Shown in pieces: positions 31,893-43,596 of a DNA stretch of 64,000 nt. The stretch is from Eledone cirrhosa (Eukaryota). Both the position numbers and the translations under genes were made by a program. Location: contig OZ024742.1 in the NCBI GenBank assembly GCA_964016885.1, positions 345,712,001 through 345,776,000 on the forward strand. The letters run 5' to 3'. Positions within the stretch are counted from its first letter, which is position 1; each line of letters opens with the position of its first letter. A model generated the notes under the pieces. That model was not told the DNA's origin. It saw nothing but the letters and a program-made list of their open reading frames with translations, and searched no databases.

Positions 31893-32502
31893 AATTAAAT
31901 GCTAGTCGCCTTATTTCTGTGGCATTAAGTATCAATAATATACTAACCCACATTTAACCGACGTCAACCTGGTTACAATGAAGTGTCCTTATATCTAGCA
32001 CCAAACTTTTTAATAGTTCTTATAGTAATAGTATGAAAAATGTCATCAAAATGCTTTAGATTTGCTGAATCAGCAACTTTGTATGTGGTTAACTTTACTG
32101 ATAGACGGATTAAAACTGCCTTCAATATATGAGGAGGAAAATAATAATTCTTAATCCTGTTGTATCGGATGTGCTCAACAATAAATACGCAACGATGCAG
32201 CAAAATTGTATAATATATGTATAGTATATATACATATACTGGTTATAATTAAGAAACATTTCCACTGGTATCATGATAAATATAAAACAGCTTCATTATC
32301 ATGATGCGTATAAATGTTCTATATTTTGATTAATATTAATTCATATGGTTGTGAGAACTAGTTTGTGATAGTCTGAGAAGTGTTATTGTGCGCATTTACT
32401 AGCAGCAGAGAAGTTCAGCCGTCAATATATATTTATATGTATGCAGGTATATATTTACTTATACATACGTACACACACACTTACACGTACACACATGCAC
32501 AA

Positions 32503-32559
<57 letters not shown>

Positions 32560-32574
32560 CATATATATAGTTAG

Positions 32575-32818
32575 GGGCACGTGGCCTAGTGGTAAGGGTA
32601 TTGGACTTGCGATCATAATGTTGTGGGTTCGATTCCTGGGTTGCGTGCTGTGTTCTGGAGCAAAACACTTCATTTCACATTACTCCAGTACACCCAACTG
32701 AAAATGAGTACCAGCAATTGCTGGAGGTTTAACCCTGCGATGGACTGGCGTCCTGTCCAGGGGAGAGTCTTGTACTCTCAGTCGCTTCACGCCATGAAAC
32801 CGGGATAAGCTCCAGCCA
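32575..32818 (+). mobile_element. tRNA-derived SINE family 2 with Meta/V-domain-like core (partial copies ~43095-43200 +, 55862-56005 +, 58690-58890 -)
   Basis: A box TGGCCTAGTGG, B box GGTTCGATTCC, core AACCCTGCGATGGACTGGCGTCCTGTCCAGGG. Confidence 0.8.
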
Positions 32819-32844
32819 AAGACAGACTTTAGACTTAGATATAC

Positions 32845-32879
<35 letters not shown>

Positions 32880-32882
<3 letters not shown>

Positions 32883-33100
32883 AAAGGGTAAAGAGAAATA
32901 ACAACACAATATATGGAAGGGATATATTAGGTTAACGCTTGATATAGCAGGAAGAGAGTCTTAAAGATTCGGACTCTAGTCCTTCATCAAAAGAAAGAAT
33001 GAGAAATAAGATAGATTGAGGGGGCGGGCGGGTTGGAATTGGAAAAAAATGTCTTTAGATAAAAATAACAGGTCCATTCATGTTGACCTCTCTTACAAAA
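32880..33100 (-). mobile_element. ~220-bp repeat with degenerate HHR (second copy 48321-48548 +)
   Basis: Two copies with the same ends between microsatellites; on minus TTGATGA-A-GGAC-taga-GTCC-GAAT. Confidence 0.6.
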
Positions 33101-33119
33101 ATATATATATATATATGTG

Positions 33120-33256
33120 TGTGGTTGAGGGCTGAGAGAAAGATGTACTCAATACCGAAGTAGAGTTTCAATATTCATTTTATCAAGGCTAAATAGTGAG
33201 TCTTGTTACTCTGGAGTTTCGCCTGTCACAGGTTCATCAGCCTTAATAAAATGAAT
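33120..33256 (-). ncRNA. HHR relic with tail motif
   Basis: Minus strand reads CTGATGA-a-CCTG-tga-CAGG-c-GAAA-CTC-ca-GAG-TA-acaagac. The 5' strand of stem I is replaced by an inverted copy of downstream sequence. GTATTGAGTAC at 33145-33155. Confidence 0.65.
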
Positions 33257-33279
33257 TCTCTCTCTCTCTCTCTCTCTCC

Positions 33280-33376
<97 letters not shown>

Positions 33377-33784
33377 TGGCTGACTGTCTGCAGCTGTCTA
33401 TTGATGCTTATTTACCAATGCATCACTTATCCAACAAGAGCAGCAATAACGACCAAGCACTAATCCAGAGATAGAGAAGGAAATTGAGAAAGAGACAGAG
33501 GAATAATGGAGTGGTAGTGTATCAGTCTTCATGGAAAGGATGAACGTGAAAGCTGACCATCACGTGACTCTATTTCAGATCAGAGAGGAATAAATCCAGT
33601 AAAATTCTAAATATTCTATCAAAAGTTCTAAATACTCTCCTAATTCTCTGCCAATCGATAAAACAGTTTTAAACAAATGTAGTTTGGAGCAATATCTGTA
33701 ATACTACTGATAAATGATTGCAAACAAAATTAAATTAACTCGTCCCTTCTGAAACACTACATAATAATAATAATAATAATTAAA

Positions 33785-34450
33785 TTATTGTGTACAGTGC
33801 TCAGGTGCACTAGAACTCATCAAAGGTGCATGTATAGTACATAGAATAATATACAAATGTCAGGGAAGTGAATAGTGTATGAGTCATAATATACATGTTT
33901 GTATGTGTATGGAGGGAGATATCAGGTGTAGTGTTGACGAAACTCAGGAAGCATGAAGGTTTTAAAGGATGCAGTGTCTCGACAGCTAATAACTGATGCA
34001 GGTAGTTTGTTCCATGGAGATTATAAAGGACGCAGTGTCGCGGTAGCTAACAACTGATGCAGGTAGTTTGTACCATATTTCAGCAACTCTCAACGTGAAA
34101 AAATGTTTCCGAAAGTCATGGGAGCTGTGCTGTTTTCTGACTTTGTAAGCATGCCCACGTGTGTTAGACACATGGAAATCAAAAAGGTACTCAGAGTTGT
34201 TGTTGGCAAGATGGTTAATAATTTTGTGAGTGTTTACCAAGTCAGTTGCCAGACATCAGAGCTTCAATGTATCCATGCCCAGGGAAGCAAGGCGTTCAGA
34301 GTATGGTAGATGCCTGATGGACGGTATTCGCTTGGTTGCACGTCTCTGAACAGTTTCCAGGTGATCAAAGTTCTGAGCAGGATAGGGGTTCCAGACTGGT
34401 GATGCATATCCTAAGTCCATAGCGATATACAGCTTTAAATAGATAGCTGA
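33785..34450 (-). mobile_element. CR1-clade LINE 3' fragment
   Basis: NTRGHAYKVRKQH....RKHFFTLRV..IW.KLP..VV C-terminal motif; (TAA)n tail at ~33762-33790. Confidence 0.85.
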
Positions 34451-35357
34451 TAAAACCTATACAGTAAGTCTATGATTGTTTTCGATCCTTTACATAGTTG
34501 AGATGGCAAATTGTGAATGTCGTTTGAACGTCAGATAGAATGATCCGTGACATTATTTCCGACATTCTCCGCTCTGAGTTTAAATGGTGCCGAGTTAAAC
34601 AATGCCTTTCATCCTTTTGTGGGGGATATATAAAATACCACTCCAGGACTGCTGTCGATTGTTTCTGTGTGTGTGTGTGTGTGTGTGTGTCATCTCTCTC
34701 TCACTCTTTCTCTCTCTCTTTCTCTCTCTCTTTCTCTCCCTCTCTCTTTCTCTCCTTATCAATCTCTTTCAATTTTTCTTTGGAATATATTGACTGTATT
34801 CATACCTAGGGATGGATTACCTGGCCAGGTTTAAAATGCCCAAGATACGACGTATATCACTACGACAGTCATACCAGTAAATGTATGACGTTTTCACATT
34901 CTCAACAACAGTATCTTGTAGAAAGGTAAAATCAATCGTAATTTCCCGAAGACTAAAAGGAAATGGAGCTAAATAGAAATTAATAAAATCCCAAGAAAGC
35001 TAGATTAGATTCCTTAAAATTGACATAAACGAAATAGTTAAAAGTTTCGTCTTTCAGTGACAGTTTAATGAGGAAAGAAATTTTGACCGAATCTGCCGTA
35101 ACTTTCTACGCATTTCCCCCAACGATCTGTTCCTAAACACGCACGTCTTTCACTGAAACCTATTACAAACTCAGTGTATAGATATGTAAAAGTTTTAACC
35201 CTATCCTTACTCTATTTTCTAATGAAAAACATTGTTTATGATATTCAAATCATTTTAAAAATCATGTAATTTTGTCATTGTTAGCCGGAGATTGTAACAT
35301 AGCTTAACATATATTATGATATAATAATTTTCTTTATTCTTCTTCTTCTTCTTCTTC

Positions 35358-35390
<33 letters not shown>

Positions 35391-35399
35391 TTATTCTTC

Positions 35400-35755
35400 T
35401 TCTCCCCCTTATTCCTGAGATGCCCCCAGGAATTGGTTTGAGTCCCCAAACACACCTTCCAGAGGTCCTGTTTGAAGCAACCGTTTCCAACTGATCAGAC
35501 TGAATCCCTAAGTGAGACCAGCCAAGCTCATGGATGTTATCCAACTATCTTGCTTGAGGTCTACCAATGGGTCTCTTGCTGGTTGGTTTTGCGTAAAATC
35601 TATCCAGTGATTCTTTCCTGAGACATTGTAAACACATTCCCATAGTATCGGAGCTGTAAGCTCTCAATTCGGAGTAGCAGCTCTGATCTCTGGAGTGACT
35701 CTCTGATCTCTGAGCTACGCACTTTATCGACTAAAATGTTTCCAAACAACCTAAT
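35400..35755 (-). mobile_element. RTE/RTE-X-like LINE 3' fragment with (AAT)/(AAG) tail (related copies 48940-49170, 58930-59510)
   Basis: Mutually similar copies; degenerate LRIE..QLRYYGH...M..ER..RP.TRW-type C-terminus. Confidence 0.7.
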
Positions 35756-35795
<40 letters not shown>

Positions 35796-35799
<4 letters not shown>

Positions 35800-36003
35800 A
35801 ACAAGTATGACCCCGACGGCAAAGCTCAAGCCGTTTCGACGGCTAATTCTGGACTAGAATTCTTGTCCAGAATTAGGCATCGAAACGGCTTGAGCTCTGC
35901 CATCGGCCTCATACTTGTTCTTATTACCCACTCTACTACCCTAAGTATTGAGTACTTTGGTGCGTTATGGTCCATCTGGTTCCTTACCACATTTCCTTCG
36001 TTA
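35796..36003 (+). mobile_element. Fold-back mini-element of the 5036-5310 family with a shorter hairpin
   Basis: Same arms and tail (GTATTGAGTAC 35945-35955), different turn point, (TA)n flanks. Confidence 0.75.
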
Positions 36004-36267
36004 TATATATATATATATGTATATAAGTATGCATGTATACGTACATACATATATGTATACAGACGTACAGTAGCATGCACATATATATATATATATACAT
36101 ATATACATACACATGCATACAGGTACACATACATATATGCACGTATCAGTTTAGCGGCGCTTATTATAACGTCGCTTTGTTCGTTTGTAAACAAACTGAA
36201 CAGCCTGAATTTATGCCATACGGTGTTAAGGCAACCACGTCACCTTTTTGTTCAACACTGACACAGG

Positions 36268-36312
36268 AACGATGTACTAGTTTCAAGCTTGTTAGCTATC
36301 ATCAGCACCGTT
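36268..36312 (-). ncRNA. Minimal type I hammerhead ribozyme
   Basis: Minus strand reads AACGGTG-CTGATGA-t-AGCT-aaca-AGCT-t-GAAA-CTAG-TA-CATCGTT. Confidence 0.9.
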
Positions 36313-36745
36313 TACCCATCTGCCAGATAGTTGAACGTTCGAAAGTATATACTTTCCTTATGAAAATTAACGGCTGAGCAGCCTAATTTGCATATTGAGT
36401 GAGTTAAATCGGTCAGGCATACCGAAAACGATAAATTGAAACAAAATGAAAACGAAATTTCATTTCTCACTCTTAGTATGGCACTTACTTAAATGTAAGT
36501 ATGCATGTATACGTACATACATATATGTATACAGACGTACAGTAGCATGCACATATATATATATATATATATATACATATATACATACACATGCATACAG
36601 GTACACATACATATATGCACGTATCAGTTTAGCGGCGCTTATTATAACGTCGCTTTGTTCGTTTGTAAACAAACTGAACAGCCTGAATTTATGCCATACG
36701 GTGTTAAGGCAACCACGTCACCTTTTTGTTCAACACTGACACAGG

Positions 36746-36790
36746 AACGATGTACTAGTTTCAAGCTTGTTAGCTATCATCAGCACCGTT
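36746..36790 (-). ncRNA. Minimal type I hammerhead ribozyme
   Basis: Identical to 36268-36312, 478 bp away. Confidence 0.9.
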
Positions 36791-37508
36791 TACCCATCTG
36801 CCAGATAGTTGAACGTTCGAAAGTATATACTTTCCTTATGAAAATTAACGGCTGAGCAGCCTAATTTGCATATTGAGTGAGTTAAATCGGTCAGGCATAC
36901 CGAAAACGATAAATTGAAACAAAATGAAAACGAAATTTCATTTCTCACTCTTAGTATGGCACTTACTTAAATGTAAGTATGCATGTATACGTACATACAT
37001 ATATGTATACAGACGTACAGTAGCATGCACATATATATATATATATACATATATGCATACACATGCATACAGGTACACATACATATATGCACGTATCAGT
37101 TTAGCGGCGCTTATTATAACGTCGCTTTGTTCGTTTGTAAACAAACTGAACAGCCTGTTTACAAACGAACAAAGCGACGTTATAATAAGCGCCGCTAAAC
37201 TGATACGTGCATATATGTATGTGTACCTGTATGCATGTGTATGTATATATGTATATATATATATATATGTGCATGCTACTGTACGTCTGTATACATATAT
37301 GTATGTACGTATACATGCATACTTACATTTAAGTAAGTGCCATACTAAGAGTGAGAAATGAAATTTCGTTTTCATTTTGTTTCAATTTATCGTTTTCGGT
37401 ATGCCTGACCGATTTAACTCACTCAATATGCAAATTAGGCTGCTCAGCCGTTAATTTTCATAAGGAAAGTATATACTTTCGAACGTTCAACTATCTGGCA
37501 GATGGGTA

Positions 37509-37553
37509 AACGGTGCTGATGATAGCTAACAAGCTTGAAACTAGTACATCGTT
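37509..37553 (+). ncRNA. Minimal type I hammerhead ribozyme
   Basis: Stem I AACGGTG/CATCGTT, CTGATGA 37516-37522, stem II AGCT/AGCT, GAAA 37537-37540, palindromic ACTAGT stem III, GUA site at 37546. Confidence 0.9.
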
Positions 37554-37717
37554 CCTGTGTCAGTGTTGAACAAAAAGGTGACGTGGTTGCCTTAACACCG
37601 TATGGCATAAATTCAGGCTGTTCAGTTTGTTTACAAACGAACAAAGCGACGTTATAATAAGCGCCGCTAAACTGATACGTGCATATATGTATGTGTACCT
37701 GTATGCATGTGTATGTA

Positions 37718-37751
<34 letters not shown>

Positions 37752-37974
37752 CATATATATATATATATGTTGCAATACCATCTCTGTCTGTTTACATGTC
37801 TCGCTCGCTTCACCCTATTTTACTTGTCCCAATAACTTTCTTTAGTTATTGCTCGCACCAACCAGAGGTATATGATCTTTAAAGCGAAGAAATACTAATG
37901 AAGGCTGGAAGATCACTGATGAAGGACTAATTTTATTCATATGTAACACATGTGCAACAACGCAGCACGCCATT

Positions 37975-38020
<46 letters not shown>

Positions 38021-38023
<3 letters not shown>

Positions 38024-38215
38024 AGATAAGTTTATCCCGGGTTCAATCGGGGGTAACCACAGTAAGTAAGGTACTCAATACAAAGCAGAGTATAACTATT
38101 TAATATAGAAAAGGCTTCTACAGGACTACAACTGTTTCATTCGGGAGAAATCATCAGGCTTCCGGATGATTTCTCCCGAATGAAACAGTTCTAGTCCTGT
38201 AGAAACCTTATCTAT
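38021..38215. ncRNA. Back-to-back inverted pair of type I HHR motifs (38113-38157 -, 38157-38207 +) with tail
   Basis: Consensus GGCTTC-CTGATGA-tttctcccgaat-GAAA-CAG-ttgtagtc-CTG-TA-GAAGCC. The plus copy has CGGATGA; the minus copy lacks the 5' strand of stem I. Confidence 0.78.
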
Positions 38216-38264
38216 CTCTCTCTCTCTCTTTCTCTCTTACTCTCTCTCTCTCTCTCTGTATATA

Positions 38265-38461
38265 TAATTTAATTTATTCGGTCCTCAATGTTACCATTGA
38301 CTGAGCAACGGTCAACAATACAGATACAATATAGACACAAACACATATATATAGTCTAACAAAGTTCTTTCGTTGCACATCTGCAACATCCCCAAGTATA
38401 ACAATATTTGTTTCGACACACGATTTCATATAAAAAACCTCGAAAAACTAATTCATCGCCG

Positions 38462-38555
<94 letters not shown>

Positions 38556-38752
38556 CGGCGATGAATTAGTTTTTCGAGGTTTTTTATATGAAATCGTGTG
38601 TCGAAACAAATATTGTTATACTTGGGGATGTTGCAGATGTGCAACGAAAGAACTTTGTTAGACTATATATATGTGTTTGTGTCTATATTGTATCTGTATT
38701 GTTGACCGTTGCTCAGTCAATGGTAACATTGAGGACCGAATAAATTAAATTA
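38265..38752. repeat. Palindrome with ~200-bp arms centred on (TA)n
   Basis: 38265-38463 is the reverse complement of 38554-38752. Confidence 0.95.
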
Positions 38753-38854
38753 ACCGATATAAAAGACACAGAAGCGAAAACCAACCAAAGAGTGAGTGTG
38801 TTTTATTATTAATTCTGGCAATATTATTACACAAATATGACCCTCCCCAAGTAT

Positions 38855-38858
<4 letters not shown>
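38614..38858. mobile_element. 245-bp solo-LTR-like element or MITE
   Basis: TGTTATACTTGGGGA...TCCCCAAGTATAACA termini, ATAT on both sides, AATAAA on minus. Confidence 0.6.
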
Positions 38859-38886
<28 letters not shown>

Positions 38887-39134
38887 GAAACTAAGAAAGA
38901 GATACAAAAAAGAATCGCGCCCTGTACTCATCGACCTGGAAAGGATGAGAGATGAAGTTGACCCCGTCAGAATTTGATCTTAGAGCAGAGAGAGACGGAA
39001 CCAATGCCGCAAAGCATTCTATCCGACATTTTTAATTTCGTAAACCGCTGAGGATCCAGTCGGATCAGTTGGAGACGGTTGTTGGAGGGAGTGTTTGAGA
39101 AGAAGAAGAAGAAGAAGAAGAAGAAGAAGAAGCC

Positions 39135-39365
39135 TTTCTGCCTCCATGCCCTAGGCCCAACGCCCAATGACCCTCTTCCTTCACCCCTCTCTCTCTCTTC
39201 TGCCACACCAGAGATCTTACCATCCCCTCCCCTCCCCTTCTTGTTCTTTTTTCTTTCTTTTTTCTTATTCTTTTTTCTTCTGTTTCCTTTTCTTTTTTCA
39301 TCATTGCCGTTACTATAGTTGTCATTATTCAGCCCTTGTGGCCAATAAATGAAATCATTATTGCT
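39135..39365 (+). mobile_element. 3' UTR fragment of a Tx1/L1-type LINE
   Basis: Ends GCCCTTGTGGCCAATAAATGAAAT-(ATT)n-like, as do the elements at 49739 and 20815. Confidence 0.55.
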
Positions 39366-39380
39366 ATTATTATGATTAGA

Positions 39381-39553
39381 GGGCGGTGGATTGTCAGTAT
39401 CGGTAAAGTGTCGGACGCCATACTTTGTGGCATAGAGTTACGGCCCTTTATGATCTGAGTTCAAATCCCGCCGAGGTTAACTTTGCCTTTCATCCTTGCG
39501 GGGTCGATAAAATAAAACAGATAATTGCTGGCCTTGTGCCAAAAAGTAGAAAC
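39381..39553 (+). mobile_element. tRNA-derived SINE family 1 (further copies on minus ~38910-39060, 42735-42915, 55316-55420, 56320-56465)
   Basis: A/B boxes and body shared with 4719-4904. Confidence 0.85.
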
Positions 39554-39603
39554 AACTGACATTGCTATCACAGTTGTTAATTAGCTGCCTGTCTTTCCAC
39601 CGA

Positions 39604-41340
39604 GAAACAGCTTTGCTACATTGAGAATATAACACACCAACGAGGAACTCTATACTTATATCTACGTGTATATGTGTATGTCTCTGTGTATGTGTGTGTG
39701 TGTATGTGTATATGTGTGTGTGTGTCTATGTGTGTGTGTATATGTGTGTATGTGTGTGCATGAAAGATCTTTGCTACATGGAGAATATGACATGACAACG
39801 AGGAACTATATACTCTAGACTCTATGCCTATATCTATGTGTATATCTGTATGTCTGTGTATGTGTATATGTGTATGTCTGCGTATGTGTATGTCTGTGTA
39901 TGTGTGTATGTGTATGTCTGCGTATGTGTATGTCTGTGTATGTGTGTATGTATATGTCTATGTGCGTGTGTGTGTATATGTGTATGTCTGTGTATTTATA
40001 TATGTGTATGTCTGTCTATGTGTATGTGTATGTCTGTGTATGTGTATATGTGTATGTCTGTGTATATGTATATGTGTATGTCTGTGTATTTATATATGTG
40101 TATGTCTGTGTATGTATATGTGTGTATGTCTGTGTATGTATATGTGTATGTCTGTGTATGTATATGTGTATGTCTGTGTATGTATATATGCGTATGTCTG
40201 TGTATGTGTATATGGGTATGTCTGTGTATGTGTATATGTGTATGTATGTGTGTGGTGTGTGTATGTGTGTGTATGTATATGTGTATGTCTGTGTGTGGTG
40301 TGTATGTGTGTGTGTGCGTGTGTGTGTGTGTCTATGAAAGATCTTTGCTACATGAATATAACACGGAAAATAGGAACTATATGCATAGGAACTATAGGAG
40401 CTATAGGAACTATAGGAACTATAGGAACATACATATACATACGTATATGTATGTGTGTATGTGTATGTGAGGTCGCTCTTCAGTAACATGTAACCCATGT
40501 AACTAGTATCCTGTAGCCCAGTACAACCTGTGCATGGTCGGGTCAATGGCGACTAATCGGGAGACCCCACCAAGCTTGTTTGGTGGGGGAGGATGAATTT
40601 GGACACCTTGCGGGAAGAGGAACAGAACCCGTCAAAGGGCGGAGGAACTCAGCAGAGCCAACGGCCATCCAATGATGTATCGTTTTGTGGAGCGAGAGTC
40701 TCCTAGTCTTCATTAAGAAATCTCTCTAGAAGGTCACTCTGACATAAAACCTGCGTCCAACGATGTAGACTAGTTCTACTTTGGGGGAAATGCATTTGAT
40801 GTTCAGAGAGTGGGATGGCCCTGTATAAAGCCATTCTACACTTAAAAAAAGCTTCAAGCACAGGCATTGCATGATATGTGGCATATTTTGCAATGGATGG
40901 CATTGTTGACTAAAAAGCCACGTCCGTGATATTCATGCTAAAATATTAAGTGTTGGGATCGCTCTAAACCGAGCAGCCATCAAGTGTGCATAAAAGAACT
41001 TTGGTACGAATAGCTAGAAACTATATATTCTATACTTATTTGTATGTGTGTGTGAGTGGTGTGTAGGTGTGTAGGTGTGTGGGAGGGGGGTATGTGTGCG
41101 TGTGATTGCATGTGTGTGTGTGTCTGTCTGTGTGTCTGTGTGTGTGTGTATGTGTGTATGTTTGTGTGTGAGTGTCTGTGTGTCTGTGTGTGTGTGTGTG
41201 TGTGATTGTGTGTATGTGTGTCTATGCGTGTGTGTGTGTGTGTGAAATTGTGTGTGTGTGTATGTCTGTGTGCGTGAGTGTGGTGTGTGTGATTGTGTGT
41301 GTGTGAATATCTTTGTGTGGTGTGAGTGTGTCTATGTGTG

Positions 41341-41373
<33 letters not shown>

Positions 41374-41873
41374 ATGAAAGATCTTTGGTACAGCAACGAG
41401 AAACTGTATACAGTATACTTATATGTATGCGTTTGTATGTGTATGTCTGCGTGTGTGAGTGTTTGTATATGTGTGCATACATGTATGTGTATGTGTCTAT
41501 GGGTGTGTGTGAGTGTGTGTATATGTTTGTGTAAGCGTATATGTGTATTTGTGCTTGTGTGTGTATATGTGTGTGTATATGTGTGTGTATGTGTGTATTC
41601 GTATGTGTGTATGTGTGTGTGTGTGCATGGGTACATGTGCGTATATGTGTGTATATGTGTGTGTATGCGCGTATCTGTATTTGTGTATGTATGTATTCGT
41701 ATATATGTGTGTGTGCATGGGAGCATATGTGTGTGTGTATATGTGAGTATGCGTGTGTGTGTATTTGTGCACTGTGTGTGTATATGTGTGTGTATGTGTG
41801 TATTTGTATGTGTGCATGTGTGTGTACATGGATGCATGTATGTGTGTGTGAAAGTTCTTTACTACATCAATAT
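39604..41873. repeat. Composite repeat: six copies of a GAAAGATCTTTGCTACA..GGAACTATA motif separated mostly by TG-rich tracts
   Basis: Motif at ~39604, 39761, 40335, 40991, 41375 and 41849. Confidence 0.75.
40469..40720 (+). mobile_element. Probable RTE LINE 5' UTR fragment
   Basis: GC-richer insert with AACCCGTCAAAGGGCGGAGGAACTC, reminiscent of RTE 5' UTRs (recalled, not searched). Confidence 0.4.
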
Positions 41874-42580
41874 CACCTTCATCACCTTGACCGACCCGTC
41901 TGCCGGGGGTCCATTCAGCGCTACTGGTCACATCACGCCGTCCATTCCTCTCTGGATCGTTGTTTCCTTATCCATGTATTCCAAATCGTTTTCTTAAAAT
42001 CGTAACTCCACCCTCGTGGAGGCCTTCCGAGTTTCCGTTTCCGCTCGCGCGGGTACCACTCGGCAACTGCGCGTGTCCATCGATTATCAGTGAACCGGGC
42101 GACGTGTCCAGCCCATCTGAACTTGCTGCGCATATATTCCATGATGACGTCCCTCACGCCGGACTTCTGTCTGATGACTTCGCTCCTGAAGTGCTCTCTC
42201 AACGAGATGCCTAGCATTGATCTCTCCATGGCTCTATGAGCCGTTACCAGCCTCTGCTCTCCTCTCTTCGTTGTAGCCCAAGTTTCACTGCCATATAACA
42301 TTGCAGGTAAAACTGTGCTATTGAAGAGGTTGGCGCGGGAGGTCTTGTCCAACCTCCCCTTGAGCACATCCCTTATGCCGTTGAAAGCCTTCCATCCGGC
42401 CCTTACTCTCCGCGAGATCTCCCTCTCAATGTCTCGGCGCATGTTCACTTCTTGTCCCAGGTAGACGTATTCCTCTACCTCCTCTATTTCATCACCGCCA
42501 ACCACCATTCGACTTGTTGGTACGTTGTCGGACCGCATGAACTTCGTTTTCATGCGGTTCATCTTGAGATTCATCCTGTT
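41874..42580 (-). mobile_element. 5'-truncated RTE-clade LINE (RT thumb and C-terminus) with target-site duplication ACATCAATAT
   Basis: KTKFM...EEVEEYVYLGQ...RRVRAGWKAF...LPAMLYGSETW...RWAGHVAR...GRPP; TSD at 41864-41873 and 42601-42610. Confidence 0.92.
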
Positions 42581-43486
42581 ATATTGATGTTGCACCTACA
42601 ACATCAATATAAGAGGCTATTAAGAGAGGTTAGGGGCAGTTTATCATATATAAACACATGTCAACTCTACTTTACAGACAGAAGTTATACAACAATGGAA
42701 ATAGGAATAACAGATAGAACAAAATTAAATAATTTTTTCTACATTTGGCACGAGGCCAGCAATTACCTCACTGTGTTACTGGTACTTTATTTTATTGACC
42801 TCATAAGGATGAAAAGCAAAGTTAACCTCGGCGGGATTTGAACTCAAATCATAAAGGGTCGTAACTCTTTGCTGCAAAGAATGGCGTCCGACCCTCTACC
42901 GATACTGCTAATCCATATGATAGAAATAGGGGAGGAGGTAAAGAAGAGAAGATCTGGCTCTAGAGGAGTGTAAAGGGTAGGACTAGAGATGAGGGAAAAT
43001 GGAGGGAAAGAGGAAGTACTAATAGAGGGAGAAAGAAGGGGAGGAGGTGTTGTGGTTATTAGGAGTTATATATTGTATATTTATGTCTGTGTGAAGACGT
43101 GTGGCTGATTGATTAGAGAACTGGATTCTCAATCGTGCGGTTGCGAGTTCGATTCTCGGTTGGATGATGCGTTATGTCCTTTATTTCACGTTGCTCCTTC
43201 TATCTGGAGTTGCGACCGATCGATAGTATTAGCAATTGGAAAGACCAATGGAATCATTGTTTCCTCGGTCCGATTTGACGAAAGTCGATCGACAAATTTT
43301 ATTTTATATCTGTGTTTATGTATGTGTATGTATGTGTATGTAAGTATGGAAGATGTTTGGTAAATGGATATAACATGGCAAATTATATATTTATATGTAT
43401 ATGTATGTATATATGTATGCCTGTGTGTGGGTGTATATATATGTATGTATGCATGTGTATATATGTATGCGTATGTATGTATGACA

Positions 43487-43560
43487 GTCTTATCTGACAA
43501 CCCAGTGTGTGCAGCTGAAACTCCAGCGTAACAACACTATTATTTTGCCATAATAAATGA

Positions 43561-43596
<36 letters not shown>

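Larger units (their letters stand above)
36024..37754. mobile_element. ORF-less ~478-bp tandem repeat (2.4 units, then inverted 1.3 units) carrying minimal HHRs; retrozyme or pLTR array
   Basis: Units start at 36024, 36496 and 36974; inversion loop 37143-37156; flanked by (TA)n. Confidence 0.85.

Noticed and set aside
32575-32650. tRNA gene
   Set aside because: A and B boxes continue into a SINE body; no proper cloverleaf acceptor stem.
36924-37375. Twin 145-aa ORFs on opposite strands
   Set aside because: Consequence of the palindrome centred at ~37150; low-complexity and not protein-like.
38555-38625. Possible HHR (GCGATGA...GAAACAAATATTGTT)
   Set aside because: The core is wrong, and the apparent stem III spans the boundary of the TGT...ACA element.
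39604-41873. CRISPR-like repeat-spacer pattern
   Set aside because: Spacers are mostly long, unequal microsatellites and the repeats are degenerate.
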